Numbered from the stretch's first letter, positions 10,960-21,988 are shown. The stretch is DNA of 64,000 bases from Takakia lepidozioides (GCA_030704615.1 CM060734.1:35402001-35466000); one strand, 5' to 3'. The notes: generated from the letters alone by a model not told the origin. Made by a program: numbers and translations.

Positions 10960-13740
10960 CAGTGTTGGGCGGTTACCCGCCGGGACCAGGTTAACCGGCG
11001 GTTCAGGTTCAGGTTAACCGGAACCAGATCGGAACCGGGCCCATACCTACAGAACCTGACCTGGAACCGGAACCTGCCAATGGGGATCGGCGCAGAACCG
11101 AACCGGCGGTTCCTGCGGGTGTGAGAACCAGAGAACCCGGGCGCGGGGGGTAAAAACAAGTTCCTGTTCTTGACCCCTTGGTGGGGCTGGTGGCCCCAGG
11201 GCAAAACTTCTTTAGTGCTCTCAAGCTCCTGAGATCCTGGGTTCAATGCTTGAAGGCCATGAGATTCTATGTTCAATGCTTCAGCGCCATGAGATCTTGG
11301 GTTCAATCTCCAGCTCCATGATATCATGGCTAAGTTCATTAATAAGATGTTTGAAGATGCCAATACTTGCCAGGTAGCAAAATAGTACTTTCAACCCATA
11401 AAATTTTACCCATTTTCTTCTACCAGTTTATTTAGAGTATTTTTGTTTGTTTTTTTGTGTTAGTGAAAACTAACAAAATCGTTGGATTTTAGTTCAAATA
11501 TGTGAATACACTGCTATTTAGTCTACCAGACTGATAAAATATTTTAAATCTAATTAAATTAAACAAATATATTTTTAAAATAGAACCGGAACCTAACCGG
11601 AACCGATGGTTTTTATCAGCAACTAACCGGTAACCGGAACCGCCCCAAAGTTGGATCCGGAACCGGACCAGAACCGGCTCAATAAAAAAAAACCGGAACC
11701 AGATCCGGAACCGTCTCTTGAAATAATTGTGGAACCGAACCGAAGGTTCCTTCACAAATGCAAGAATGTCATCCATTCATGAGTAGATTTATTGAAGTTC
11801 TTGGATTGCTCTCAAAGGACATCCATCCATCCATTTTAATTTCATCCATTCATCTTTAAGTGAGTTTCACTCTCAGTTGACTACAACTAACTAGTGCCAA
11901 AATGAAAGATGTTCGACATCACTATGTGCTTGCTTCAAATTGACAACGTTCTTCTCTCGAAAAACCTAAGTCCCTTGCAAGTGAACTCATCCCATATTTG
12001 AATGATAGCATTAAACTATATTCATCCAACTAAATCATCCATATTACTTGCCACCTGTCATTCTCACACATGTACGTGTCCTAAGAGTGTGACTTACTCT
12101 ACATTGATGTGAGAGAAGCCTTGGTCAATAAGCACAGTCATAGAGTTGACCTAAGTCCCTTAATCAATGTGTCCTATGAATGTGGCATAATCCACAGCCC
12201 TGTAAGATGTGGCATAATCCACAGCCCCTGTAAGATAAGCCAAGTAACATTTCTCACACCATGTCTAGTCAGTATGCCACATCATATATTTGATCCCCAT
12301 TGTGTGGATTAACTTACATGTGGCTCATGCTCACACTCGTGTGGCCTTGTACAATGTTCGACATCTTCTTAGTCAACGACCGTTGACCACCGAAGGTGTG
12401 AGCTTGGTGTAGACTAGTCTACACGAGGCGGCTTTTCTTACACTGGCTCAATCTACACCATCGAAATTTTACAGGGGTGTCAAATTTGGTGTAAGAAAAG
12501 TCGGGTGTGAACTACCCTTGATGTAAAAAAAACCGGTTTCTCTTGTAGTGCCATGCCACAATACATGCTCCAATTTGTTTGTGCAGGAGCTTTTGAATAC
12601 AAGAACGACTTACAGTGCCCACATCGCTTGCGAGTGAACTCTCGGGATTCCAACAATTTTGTGGGAAAATCAAATGATCCTTGTAGAGTTGGTCAGACTG
12701 TTTCAAATGATACTTTCATATGCGCACATTGCAAATTACCTCCCACATGTACAGGGGCTTGTTGTGCAAAAATGTGGTACGTTGTTCCCACGAAGGGGGT
12801 TATATCGTCTAAAGCAACAGTGCATTGTGGACATCACTCGCATTCCACATGTCCATCGCCATGTAGGGGGATCACAAATGAAATTAAAGCTGCAATGGGC
12901 GAAGATGTTGCCAAAATCGTGGTTGTGGCACAAGTTTTGTCTAGTTGGAAGTTGTGTTCTTGCATTTGTGAAGGAACCTTTGGTTTGGTTCCACAATTAT
13001 TTCAAGAGACGGTTCCGGATCCGGTTCCGGTTTTTTTTTATTGAGCCGGTTCCGGATCCAACTTTGGGGCGGTTCCGGTTACCGATTAGTTGCTGATAAA
13101 AACCATCGGTTCCGGTTAGGTTCCGGTTCTATTTTAAAAATATATTTGTTTAATTTAATTAGATTTAAAATATTTTATCAGTCCGGTAGACTAAATAGCA
13201 GTGTATTCACATATTTGAACTAAAATCCAACGATTTTATTAGTTTTCACTAACACAAAAAAACAAACAAAAATACTCTAAATAAACTGGTAGAAGAAAAT
13301 GGGTAAAATTTTATGGGTTGAAAGTACTATTCAGCTACCTGACAAGTATTGGCATCTTCAAACATCTTATTAATGAACTTAGCCACGATATCATGGAGCT
13401 GGAGATTGAACCCAAGATCTCATGGCGCTGAAGCATTGAACATAGAATCTCATGGCCTTCAAGCATTGAACCCAGGATCTCATGAGCTTGAGAGCACTAA
13501 AGAAGTTTTGCCCTGGGCCCACCAGCTCTCTATTGTTATGCGCCAAGGCCCACCAAGGGTTCAAGAACCTAAACCTGTTTTTATCCCCGTGCCCGGTTCT
13601 CCTGTTCTTACACCGAGCAGGAACCGCCGGTTCGGTTCTGCGCCGATCCCCATTGGCAGGTTCCGGTTCCGGGTCAGGTTAGGTAGGAATGGGCCCGGTT
13701 CCGGTTAACCTGTGTCCCGGTGGGTAACCGCCCAACACTG
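10960..13740. mobile_element. Non-autonomous hAT-type foldback element: 19-bp TIR CAGTGTTGGGCGGTTACCC, 8-bp TSD GTTGTAAC, ~800-bp inverted arms (10960-11766 / 12957-13740)
   Basis: GTTGTAAC at 10952-10959 and 13741-13748; perfect TIR; the arms are reverse complements of each other and rich in AACCGG motifs. Confidence 0.93.
12553..12930 (+). pseudogene. Cys/His-rich fragment resembling the GCM/WRKY-like N-terminal domain of MULE/SWIM transposases
   Basis: CAG..QCP..CAHCKLPPTCTGACCAKMWYVV..TVHCGHHSH..CRG..IK pattern. The similarity is recalled, not searched. Confidence 0.4.
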
Positions 13741-14029
13741 GTTGTAACCCGGTGGTAATGGGCACATACCACCTGGAAAGTGGTTGTGGGTTCAATCCAC
13801 CTAGGTGTTACAAAGGTGTCCACCTTTCTGATTTATGCTTCCTTCGGGATAGCTCGGCGAATGAGTACCACGAATTGATAGCACCTACATGTGCCGGTTG
13901 CAGACCCACCATGACCTGCTATAGACGGTTTGAATAGAGCCCACCCCCCAAAGGGGCAGCACCCTGTAAGTTGGAGTATTCCACCTATTGCAGATGCTCT
14001 TCTGTTCGTAAGCTAGATGAAAAGTAGGG
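13741..14029 (+). mobile_element. Candidate tRNA-derived SINE head
   Basis: A-box-like TAACCCGGTGG (13745-13755) and B-box GGTTCAATCC (13789-13798) at tRNA-like spacing. No full cloverleaf. Confidence 0.4.
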
Positions 14030-14033
14030 TGGT

Positions 14034-14434
14034 TGGTGTGGCTGATTAAATGTGCATAAAGTTAGCCAAGGCCCTTCCAACATTAACCTAATTTGACAGG
14101 TGGCTGTTGATGTGTGGGAGAAACTTAAGGAAATCCTGGCAGCCAATAAGAGGCCACCATTTGCCATTCCAGATTAGCCCTTTCCTCAATATAAAAAGCG
14201 GCTGGCTTATGCCAAACGCGGGATGTTTTGGGTGATCATCACAGTATACTTGGATGAGCTTGGCGTTTGGATGTTTTGCACTTGATGCCCCTGCATGTGA
14301 TTTGATTGGCCCACCTGTGAGGCTCATCTAGCAAGAGATCCTTCCCATCTAGCTTGGCATGCTTTACTGGCTACTTCCCCGCTTTAGCGCCCAAACTCTC
14401 AGAGGAGAAGAGAATATCCCTCGGGTAGAGAAAT
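14034..14434 (+). repeat. 5' LTR of the Ty3/gypsy element
   Basis: ~400-bp direct repeat of 20110-20498, with TATAAAA inside, followed directly by a PBS. Confidence 0.9.
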
Positions 14435-14435
14435 T

Positions 14436-14451
14436 TGGTGGAGATGGGGGG
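14436..14451 (+). promoter_or_regulatory. Primer-binding site complementary to the tRNA-Ala 3' end
   Basis: TGGTGGAGATGGGGGG versus the reverse complement of plant tRNA-Ala ...CCCCGCATCTCCACCA (one mismatch). Confidence 0.75.
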
Positions 14452-14625
14452 CACTTAAACTAACGTGCCTGACTGTGTTTTGGCGGCAGGGCTTCGTAGG
14501 TTCGGCAGGTCGTACATATTAAAGATCTAGTGCAATGGCGGCATTCATCATGCTATACTCTCTATTCACTCGTCACCTTGTAGCTCTCGTTTTGGTCGTG
14601 TTTTGTTGTGTAGTGAGCGAGTGCG

Positions 14626-15576
14626 ATGGCGGCTTCCAGCTCGCATGAATCATCTGTTTAGACATTGCTGATGATTCTTTTGAGGCAGTGTTTTTGGGTG
14701 TTCTTCGTGATCTTACGCCGTCCAATCTGGTTAAAACGACTGAAGGCGAACCACTTGTGAGGGGTCCGGACGACGAAATCCCCTTGGACGTGCCTTCTGA
14801 GTACTGGTGTGCTCAATTTGAGCGGACCGCCATAGAAGAAGCTCGCAAACCTGTGAGCAATGAGTGGGAGGCTCGTGAGCAATGCAAAAAAATAGCTGCT
14901 GCCAAGCAAGGTGCCTTTGCAGGACGACTGCTGCAGAAACTCCATGCCAAAGAGATTGCCCAGGAATGAGATTCGTCGGCAACTTGGTGTAAGACAACTG
15001 CTCATCTGGCCCCTGTTAGGAGTACCAAAATTTGTTGTGACCAGGGACCGGACCTCCGACCTTGAAAGCTTTAAGTTTCCCAAGACCATTAGTGGCTATC
15101 AATTGTGGGAGTTCACTCGGGGTGGCACTGCGGTTGCATTGACCAATATTCGTCCTGCCTGGGACAAAGAACTGCATGCTGACGATTTCACTTGGGAGCA
15201 AGCCATTACTGGAATCCCGCAGCATCAATTCAAGTTCACTACCAGGGATATAGTGGTGTATCCTGGTACATCTTTTGATGAGGAGAAGATCGGGCTCTGC
15301 CATGCGCACAACCCAGTCGAGCGCTACCCTTTGCACTCTTTAGTTGTGAAGGAGAAGGTAGTTGGAACTGTTATACGAGTTTCATTTTGGCTCAAGGTGG
15401 CTGAACGATTGTGGCATCTGCAGGGAGAGGCTGTTTACCTAAGTTACAACAATCGGTTCATCTCTTCCTATCACACCTCGGACTGGGAGAAGTCTATGAT
15501 AAACCCCTCCGACAGGGTGAAGGTTTCTTGGCCTAGTGTTTTCCCTTTTTATTACAAAGTTGTAGTGAACTATTGA
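14626..15576 (+). pseudogene. Extra 5' ORF of unknown function in the gypsy element (about 310 aa, frameshifted)
   Basis: ATG at 14626, then overlapping ORFs 14688-14969 and 14911-15576. Its stop (TGA) directly abuts the gag ATG at 15577. Confidence 0.55.
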
Positions 15577-16754
15577 ATGCTTACAAGATCTAAGTATAGA
15601 CTTTTAAAATATCAAGACAGTGAGATGGGAGAGGTAAAGGACCCTTGTGAGCGAATTTTTGAAGCCAGTGGGCCCAGTACTGAGTTCACAGCGGGTGGAA
15701 CAAGATTGCCTGATCCTGAAACTCAACCAAGTGTGACCACCACATCTCATGCTGAGCAATAAGCTGGTGAACCAGAACTTGATGAATTGTGTCATGCTAT
15801 GTGTCTCATTTCTGACTGTCCTGCTTTGTTGGACTTGCTTCTTGCTAAACACACTCAAAATGTTGTTGTGCCTACGAAATCCCCTGAGACCCGCATGACG
15901 AAGCAACCTTATCCGGAATACAAGGTGGGCAGAACTTTGATATTTGTATCACCTTTTTTGAGATGAATGTGAAGATGAATGCAGTTCCACCTGCCTTTGT
16001 CATCAATGCCTTTCGTTTCTATCTCAAAGGGGAGGCCTAAGAACTCTTTGAAGCCACTATCAAAGATCTGGGTGATGTGTCATGGTCTGAAGCTAAGGGT
16101 TTGGTTGAACAATTGTTTCATGAAGAAAAGTTGCCTGATTACTGTGTACCTGAGAGAAGCTACAAAGAAGGAGAAAGTATATATAAGTACTATACTGATA
16201 TACGTACAACAGTGTATAAGACCGTCCCTGTTCTCTCGGAAAGGCCATTGGCCATTAAATTAGGCTTCATCAGAGGACTGCCTCCTGCAGAGCAAGTATA
16301 CCTGCAACGAAACAAGTACTCCACCGAAAAGGAAATGGTTCAGTTAATAGAAGAACGCTTGCGCACTAAAGCAGCTAAACGGGGAGTTGTACCCAAAATT
16401 CCAACCACACACATGCTGAGTGATGCTTCAGATCTGATTGTGGGCACTAACAAGGGAAAAGCTCTGGAGCTTCTTCCTGCAGTTGTACGAGATGTGCAGG
16501 AAACGGTCAGACTTGAATTACAAGCCTTTAAGGCTGATGCTCGTTGGCAAGCCCCATCAAATTCCAACCAGAGTGGTAGCAACAGGGGACATACTAATAC
16601 TGGTGCTAATTATCAAAGCCATGCAGCATGTTACATCTGCAAAAGCAAGGATCATGTCACCAGGTTTTGTCTTTACCAGGAAGATTTGCCAGGGATGATT
16701 GAAACCTTTGAGAAAGAGAAAGAAAAGAAGGGTAAGGCTCGTTTAAACGAATAG
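15577..16754 (+). pseudogene. gag: Gag (disrupted) with CCHC zinc knuckle
   Basis: MLTRS start; capsid-like SWSEAKGLVEQLF..GESIYKY..FIRGL; CYICKSKDHVTRFC knuckle. Internal stop at 15760-15762 and frameshifts. Confidence 0.85.
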
Positions 16755-16770
16755 GGTTACCTGCGAATGA

Positions 16771-18286
16771 AGGGACAGATATCGTGGAATTAAACCTTCT
16801 AAACCCCTAACTACTGTTCTTGTTTCTGATACTTTCAAGTTGCTACATACAGAAGTGATTAAACCCAGGAAGAAGGTTCGTATACACCCACTACTTACTC
16901 AATGCCATGTAGGGCATTTGCTTTTTTCGTGCATTGTTGACACTGGGTGCACAGTCTCTGCTGTTCCTTTGCATGTTGTCCAAGTGTTGGGATTAAAATT
17001 AGTGTCTGCCAAAGGGTTGGAGGTTACTATAGCTGATGGTACCAAATATGAGCCATTAAGGTTTGTAACCTTGCCTATTGGAATTGCTGGTAAGGTGGTC
17101 ACGGTGACTGGTATTGTCACTATGGGAGAGCAATTTCTAATTGGCTTGGATTGGATGCGGGAAGCCAGGGCAGAAATCAAATTACATACAAATGTCATGA
17201 CCTTGAGTGGTGGCAATGGTACAAGGCATAAAGTCAACATGAACTCTGTCCCTATTATGGCTGGGAGTTCCACTCGGCATCTTATTCAGATGCAGGCTGC
17301 TGCTCAAGAAGTTCGCCAAAGAGCTGGTAACACATACAACTGGACCAGATTCTTTAATTTTAACAGTGAGTCAGCCACTACCCTCTTTCAATGGCATTTG
17401 CCTGAACCAGATAAGAAGACTGGAGCCCCTCTTCCTGTTCCCAACAATTCTGTATTTTTGAGGGCTCCTCATGATATTGCAATGTCACAAATCTTGGCCC
17501 CCACAGGTCTGGCTTTTATTTGCCCCAAGGACATGTACATGGAAGTAGAAGGCTGGAGGAAATTATCTTTGCAGAAACACTGCTTGGTGGCTTCTGGGGT
17601 TTTGGACAGAGGGTACAAAGGAGAAATCCGATTACTCCTTGCTAATCCTGAGCGTATGATGGTCAAAATCAAGAAGGGACAGGTTATGGCTAGACTCACT
17701 GCCTTGCCTTTGACTGAAATTCAATTTGTAGAGTTTGCTCTCAATTTTCATGATATTGGTCATGTAGATAGCCCTGTGGACAACCTTATTGCCATTACCA
17801 GCATTGCTGTAGTCAGTAATGACAATATTCTCACCATAGAGAAGTGTTGGCAGAGATCCAGGTGGGTGATATAACTGGGGTTCAATTAGCTAAGTTACAT
17901 GCTTTGATTCGAAGAAACCTGTCTGTGTTCAGTAGAGGATCTCATGATCTTGGTAAGACCAATATTTTGAATCATGAGATTGTCACTGATGGGAATCCAG
18001 TCAAACAATATTGCATTAGTATACATTGATGACATAAATGTTTATTCTGCTAATTTTGATTCTCACCTCATTGACCTGCAGCGTGTATTATGTCGTCTCA
18101 TAGCTGCAGGCCTCAAGGTTAAGGCCAAAAAGTGCGATTTCTGCATGGTAGAACTTAAATTTCTTGGTCACATCAAACCTGATGTTAGCAAAATCCAGGT
18201 AGTATGGGACTTCACTCTTCCTCGTGATAAACATTGTGTCCGTGCCTTTCTTGGACTTGCCTCCTATTATAGACGTTTTATCCTAC
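16771..18286 (+). pseudogene. pol: Truncated Pol: aspartic protease, dUTPase-like domain, partial RT
   Basis: IVDTGCTVS..LIGLDWM (protease); PTGL..GVLDRGYKGEIRLLLAN..IKKGQVMARL (dUTPase-like, ~17440-17715); VFSRGSHDLGKT..H; YIDD..KCDF..FLGH..VRAFLGLASYYRRFI (RT). Cut at 18286 by a CACTA end. Confidence 0.92.
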
Positions 18287-19160
18287 CACTAGAAGAAAAA
18301 CGCGGAATAACCACTCTGGTAACCACTGATTTTGAGTGGGAAAAGACACCCAACCACTCTGCCCCAAGAGTGGTCTAGAACCAGTGGATCTTGACTCAGC
18401 AGTGGTTAAAGACATGACGTGTCCGTAGTGGTTAAAGACAGTGGTTACGATCACTTGCCTCCGAGTCCAGCTGTTCGCTTACGTGTCACAGTGGTATATT
18501 AACCACTTATGACGTGTCTCTTACATGTCACAGTGGTCAACCAAGTCACGTCTGACGTGTCACAGTGGTAAATTAACCACTTCAGAACATAGTGATTCCA
18601 ACCACTTCCAGAGTATGCGACGTGAACGCAGCAACTCTGTCGATCATACTCATATGGACGGACATGTGGCCAAATCCAGTTAGACGATCATGTTGTCCAT
18701 TATCTGGACACGTGACCATGATGTGCTGAAAAATGCAATGACTTCACAAACAACTCTGTGAGTGAGAATTAAATGACTCTAATAGTCATGAAACAAGAAT
18801 AAACAATGTATATTATCACTGAATGTATGGTTCTAGTAGTATTGATGTAGTGGTTTGGTTGTGTGCTAAAACCACTTATTGAGTGGTTCTACCAGTATCA
18901 ATGTAGTGGTTAGGTTGTGTGCTAAAACCACTGACGGAGTGGTTCTACCAGTATTGATGTAGTGATTAGGTTGTGTGCTAAAACCACTAACTGAGTCGTC
19001 CGGTGTATCCACCAAGTAGGAACCACGTATTTGAATTATTACTACCAAAGTGGTATGTAAATGATTGGGGCTATATCTGGAGGAATACAACCACTCTTGT
19101 CTATTGTCACAGTCTTACATATACCACTAACAGAGTGGTGTGTAAGTGATTCATACATTC
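18287..19160 (+). mobile_element. CACTA element left end inserted in gypsy RT
   Basis: CACTAGAAGAAAAA begins exactly where RT similarity stops, followed by many ACCACT/AGTGGT subterminal motifs. No right end was found. Confidence 0.8.
18826..18995 (+). repeat. ~56-bp tandem repeat x3
   Basis: (G)TGGTTCTACCAGTATTGATGTAGTGGTTAGGTTGTGTGCTAAAACCACT unit repeated three times. Confidence 0.9.
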
Positions 19161-19904
19161 CCATACAATTCTCCTACAATTCCCACACATTCCAAGTGAA
19201 TCTGCAAATCCAAATACTCTTGAAGATTCTCCATTCAAAAAAGTAAATGCTGGAACAGAGTCAACAAAATCGAGCCATGATAAATGGTGATATACTACAT
19301 CTACACTACGTCTCCGCATGCATGCTAAAAGTCATGAATTACTTTCCTGCCTTTTGGTCAGTGATAGACCATCTACCCATGCAAGTTTCTTGTAGCTATT
19401 GATCCACAGGGAATCATAGGTAACCTTATGCTTGAAATCTGGCCCTCTTGGATGAATCTGGACCCACACTCTATCTCTGCACCTTCAGCTATCCATGCCT
19501 CTACACAAATCATGCATTCATCCTTGGCTTGCTGCTAGCAGCTGACAATGACAGCCTAGAGTGTTCCAGCAAATACCCCAACCCTACTTATCACACTATT
19601 TCCTATGCTCAATTACATCTGCTACTATCTATAATCCAACAGGCATTCACCTTCATGCCTCGATTGTCCCACCATTGAATGGGGTCAGAAAAGTATTCAT
19701 TCCACAACTTCTCCTCATCTCTGTTACCTGTTTCTGGATATTTTCCTGTTGTCACATTGGCAATATCATGTTAGTCACTCCAAACTATCAAAGGTTCACT
19801 CAACCAGCTAACCATCGGAATTCAACATGGCCGATTCTGATAAGAGGGAAAAACAAGGTAGAATGTGTTGAAGAAGTTGCCTTCATTAGCTAGTACATCT
19901 GGTA

Positions 19905-20102
19905 CATTGCAGATTTGATGTTGTCATCGTTGATCTCTTTGCCTTTTCCCAGGGCTGTCAGACGCACTCCAAACCGCACGCAAATGTTATGTCGGCGGGC
20001 TTCACCCCTTCTCCCATCATGATTTGCTCATAGGTCTCCAAAGCCTCCATCCCGCACCCCTGCGAGCATCACACTCCACGACATCACATCTCGTTCAGCC
20101 AT
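19905..20102 (-). pseudogene. PLS-class PPR gene fragment
   Basis: MAERDVMSWSVML / QGCGMEALETYEQIMMGEGVKPADITFAC / GKGKEI, with frameshifts. Confidence 0.7.
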
Positions 20103-20109
20103 AGTGTTG

Positions 20110-20498
20110 TGGTATGGCTGATTAAATGTGCCTAAAGTTAGCCAAGGCCTTTGTCTCATTCCAGGGTGGTTGATGATGTGTGGGAGAAACTTAAAGAAAT
20201 CATGGCAGCCAATAAGAGGCCACCATTTGCCATTCCAGATTAGCCCTTTCCTTAATATAAAAAACGGCTGGCTTATGCCAAACCTGGGATGTTTTGGGTG
20301 ATCATCACAGTGTACTTGGATGACCCTGACGTTTGGATGTTTTGCACTTGATGCCCCTGCATGTGATTTGATTGGCCCACCTGTGAGGCTCCTCTAGCAA
20401 GAGATCCTTCCCATCTAGCTTGGTCTTTACTTGGCTACTTCCCCGCTTTAGCGCCCAAACTCTAAGAGGAGAAGAGAATATCCACCGGGTAGAGAAAT
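20110..20498 (+). repeat. Second LTR copy (3' LTR or solo LTR)
   Basis: Colinear and highly similar to 14034-14434 except for one divergent block near its 5' end. No PPT upstream. Confidence 0.9.
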
Positions 20499-21164
20499 TG
20501 GTCTTACAACCCACACAGAAGAGGCTCTTATTTACGCTGGCGTCATATGTATATATATAGACGGTTCGATAAAGGTGCATAGCATGAGACACTCATGAGC
20601 TCGTTTATCAAGTGGTATCCTCTACCACGTCACGCTAAAGTCCAAAATAAGCACCCGGCCGCGGATCTCCACATGATTGTGGAAACGCTCAAGGGGACCC
20701 GACTATTTTCTCCTAGCGCTTGGCAAACTCCTTTTGCGGGGCCGGCTCCTCCCACATGGAAGGACTCTTTAGTCGTCCTTTGCTCGCCTTTCCGAGCAGG
20801 TTCGTTGGGTTACATGAAACATGACTAAAATACACTATCATTGTCACATCCCGAGGCGTTGCATCTATCCTCGTTTTATGAGCATCAAGTAAGTAAGTAG
20901 ACTCCAGGCTGGGCGGCTGGGCCGCTGGAATAAACAACCCTATACACTGGCAGACATGCAAGCCTACCAAAGCATACACGACTTTGGGCCCAATAGACAA
21001 GAGTGTCGGACTCTACAGCAGAAAACCCCCCCCTGATATGGGGTGCTGCCGAAGTTCACCTCTTGCCAAATAATTAATTATTTTGCCAAATACTTAAGTT
21101 CAGCATGCTCCAAGATAAGCTTCAGCATGGCCGGGCAGGTCACCACAATACACTCTAAAGTAAG

Positions 21165-21936
21165 TACACACATTTTGTTCTCTAGACAATGGGGCTGCAT
21201 GTAAGGCCCACGTAACGGGAATGGAATTTGGCAAATTGGTAAAACTGCAATAGCCATTGCTATTTGGAACCTCCAACTTTCAAATTCGGCTATTGCAGCT
21301 TCCAACTTGAAAGTTGACAACTTGGCTGGCAGTATAACTTAGGTGCCTAAGAGGACTCAGGATGCAAAAAGCACTTGTACCCGAACCCTTCATTATTAAA
21401 CTTAGACTTTCATTTGCAAGTTTCATTTTTTTCTAGCCCTTCATGATGAAAGGTTCAAATTATTTCTGGCCTTTCTTTTGAAGGGCCCTGATTTTTCTGC
21501 CCTTCATATGGATCATTTTTGCAAGTTGAAGGGCGTTGCAGTCTTCAAAAATAGACACTCTTCACTTCCATCCATGGTGGACCAGTGATCATTTTTGAAG
21601 ACTGCAACTCCCTTCTTGGGAAAATGCTCCATATGAAGCTCCATATGAAGGGCAAAAAAATCAGGGCCCTTCAAAAGAAAGGCCAGATAAAATCTGAACC
21701 TTTCATCGTGAAGGGCTTTTAAGAAAAAACCTTGCAAATGGTTCAAGCCTCAAGAGTCAAGGGTTCAAACTTCAAACCTCAAGGTACAAGTGCTTAAACC
21801 CATCCATTGCCCAAGTTGCAATAGCCATTGGAGGTTCCAAATTCCAATGGCAATTGCAGTTTTGCCAATGTGCCAATTTTCATTGCCATGGTGTGGGCCC
21901 TAGCACTCCTGTACTCCCAGCAGCAAAATGTGTGTA
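21165..21936. repeat. ~770-bp imperfect palindrome centred near 21570
   Basis: Paired blocks include TACACACATTTTG/CAAAATGTGTGTA, GCACTTGTACC/GGTACAAGTGC, TTTGAAGGGCCCTGATTTTT/AAAAATCAGGGCCCTTCAAA and GCAGTCTTCAAAAAT/ATTTTTGAAGACTGC. Confidence 0.9.
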
Positions 21937-21988
21937 TTGTATGGCTATGGAGTACTCTCTAAGTTCTTAGTCGGTATGACCACCTACC

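Noticed and set aside
10902-13708. Mirror-image ORFs MASSNILLMN... on both strands
   Set aside because: They are translations of the inverted arms and AACCGG repeats, with no protein motifs.
13741-13810. Functional tRNA gene
   Set aside because: Box-like motifs are present but I could not build an acceptor stem or cloverleaf.
20102-20106. TAGTG as the right end of the CACTA starting at 18287
   Set aside because: The match does not extend beyond 5 nt and the 3-bp flanks differ (TAC vs TTG).
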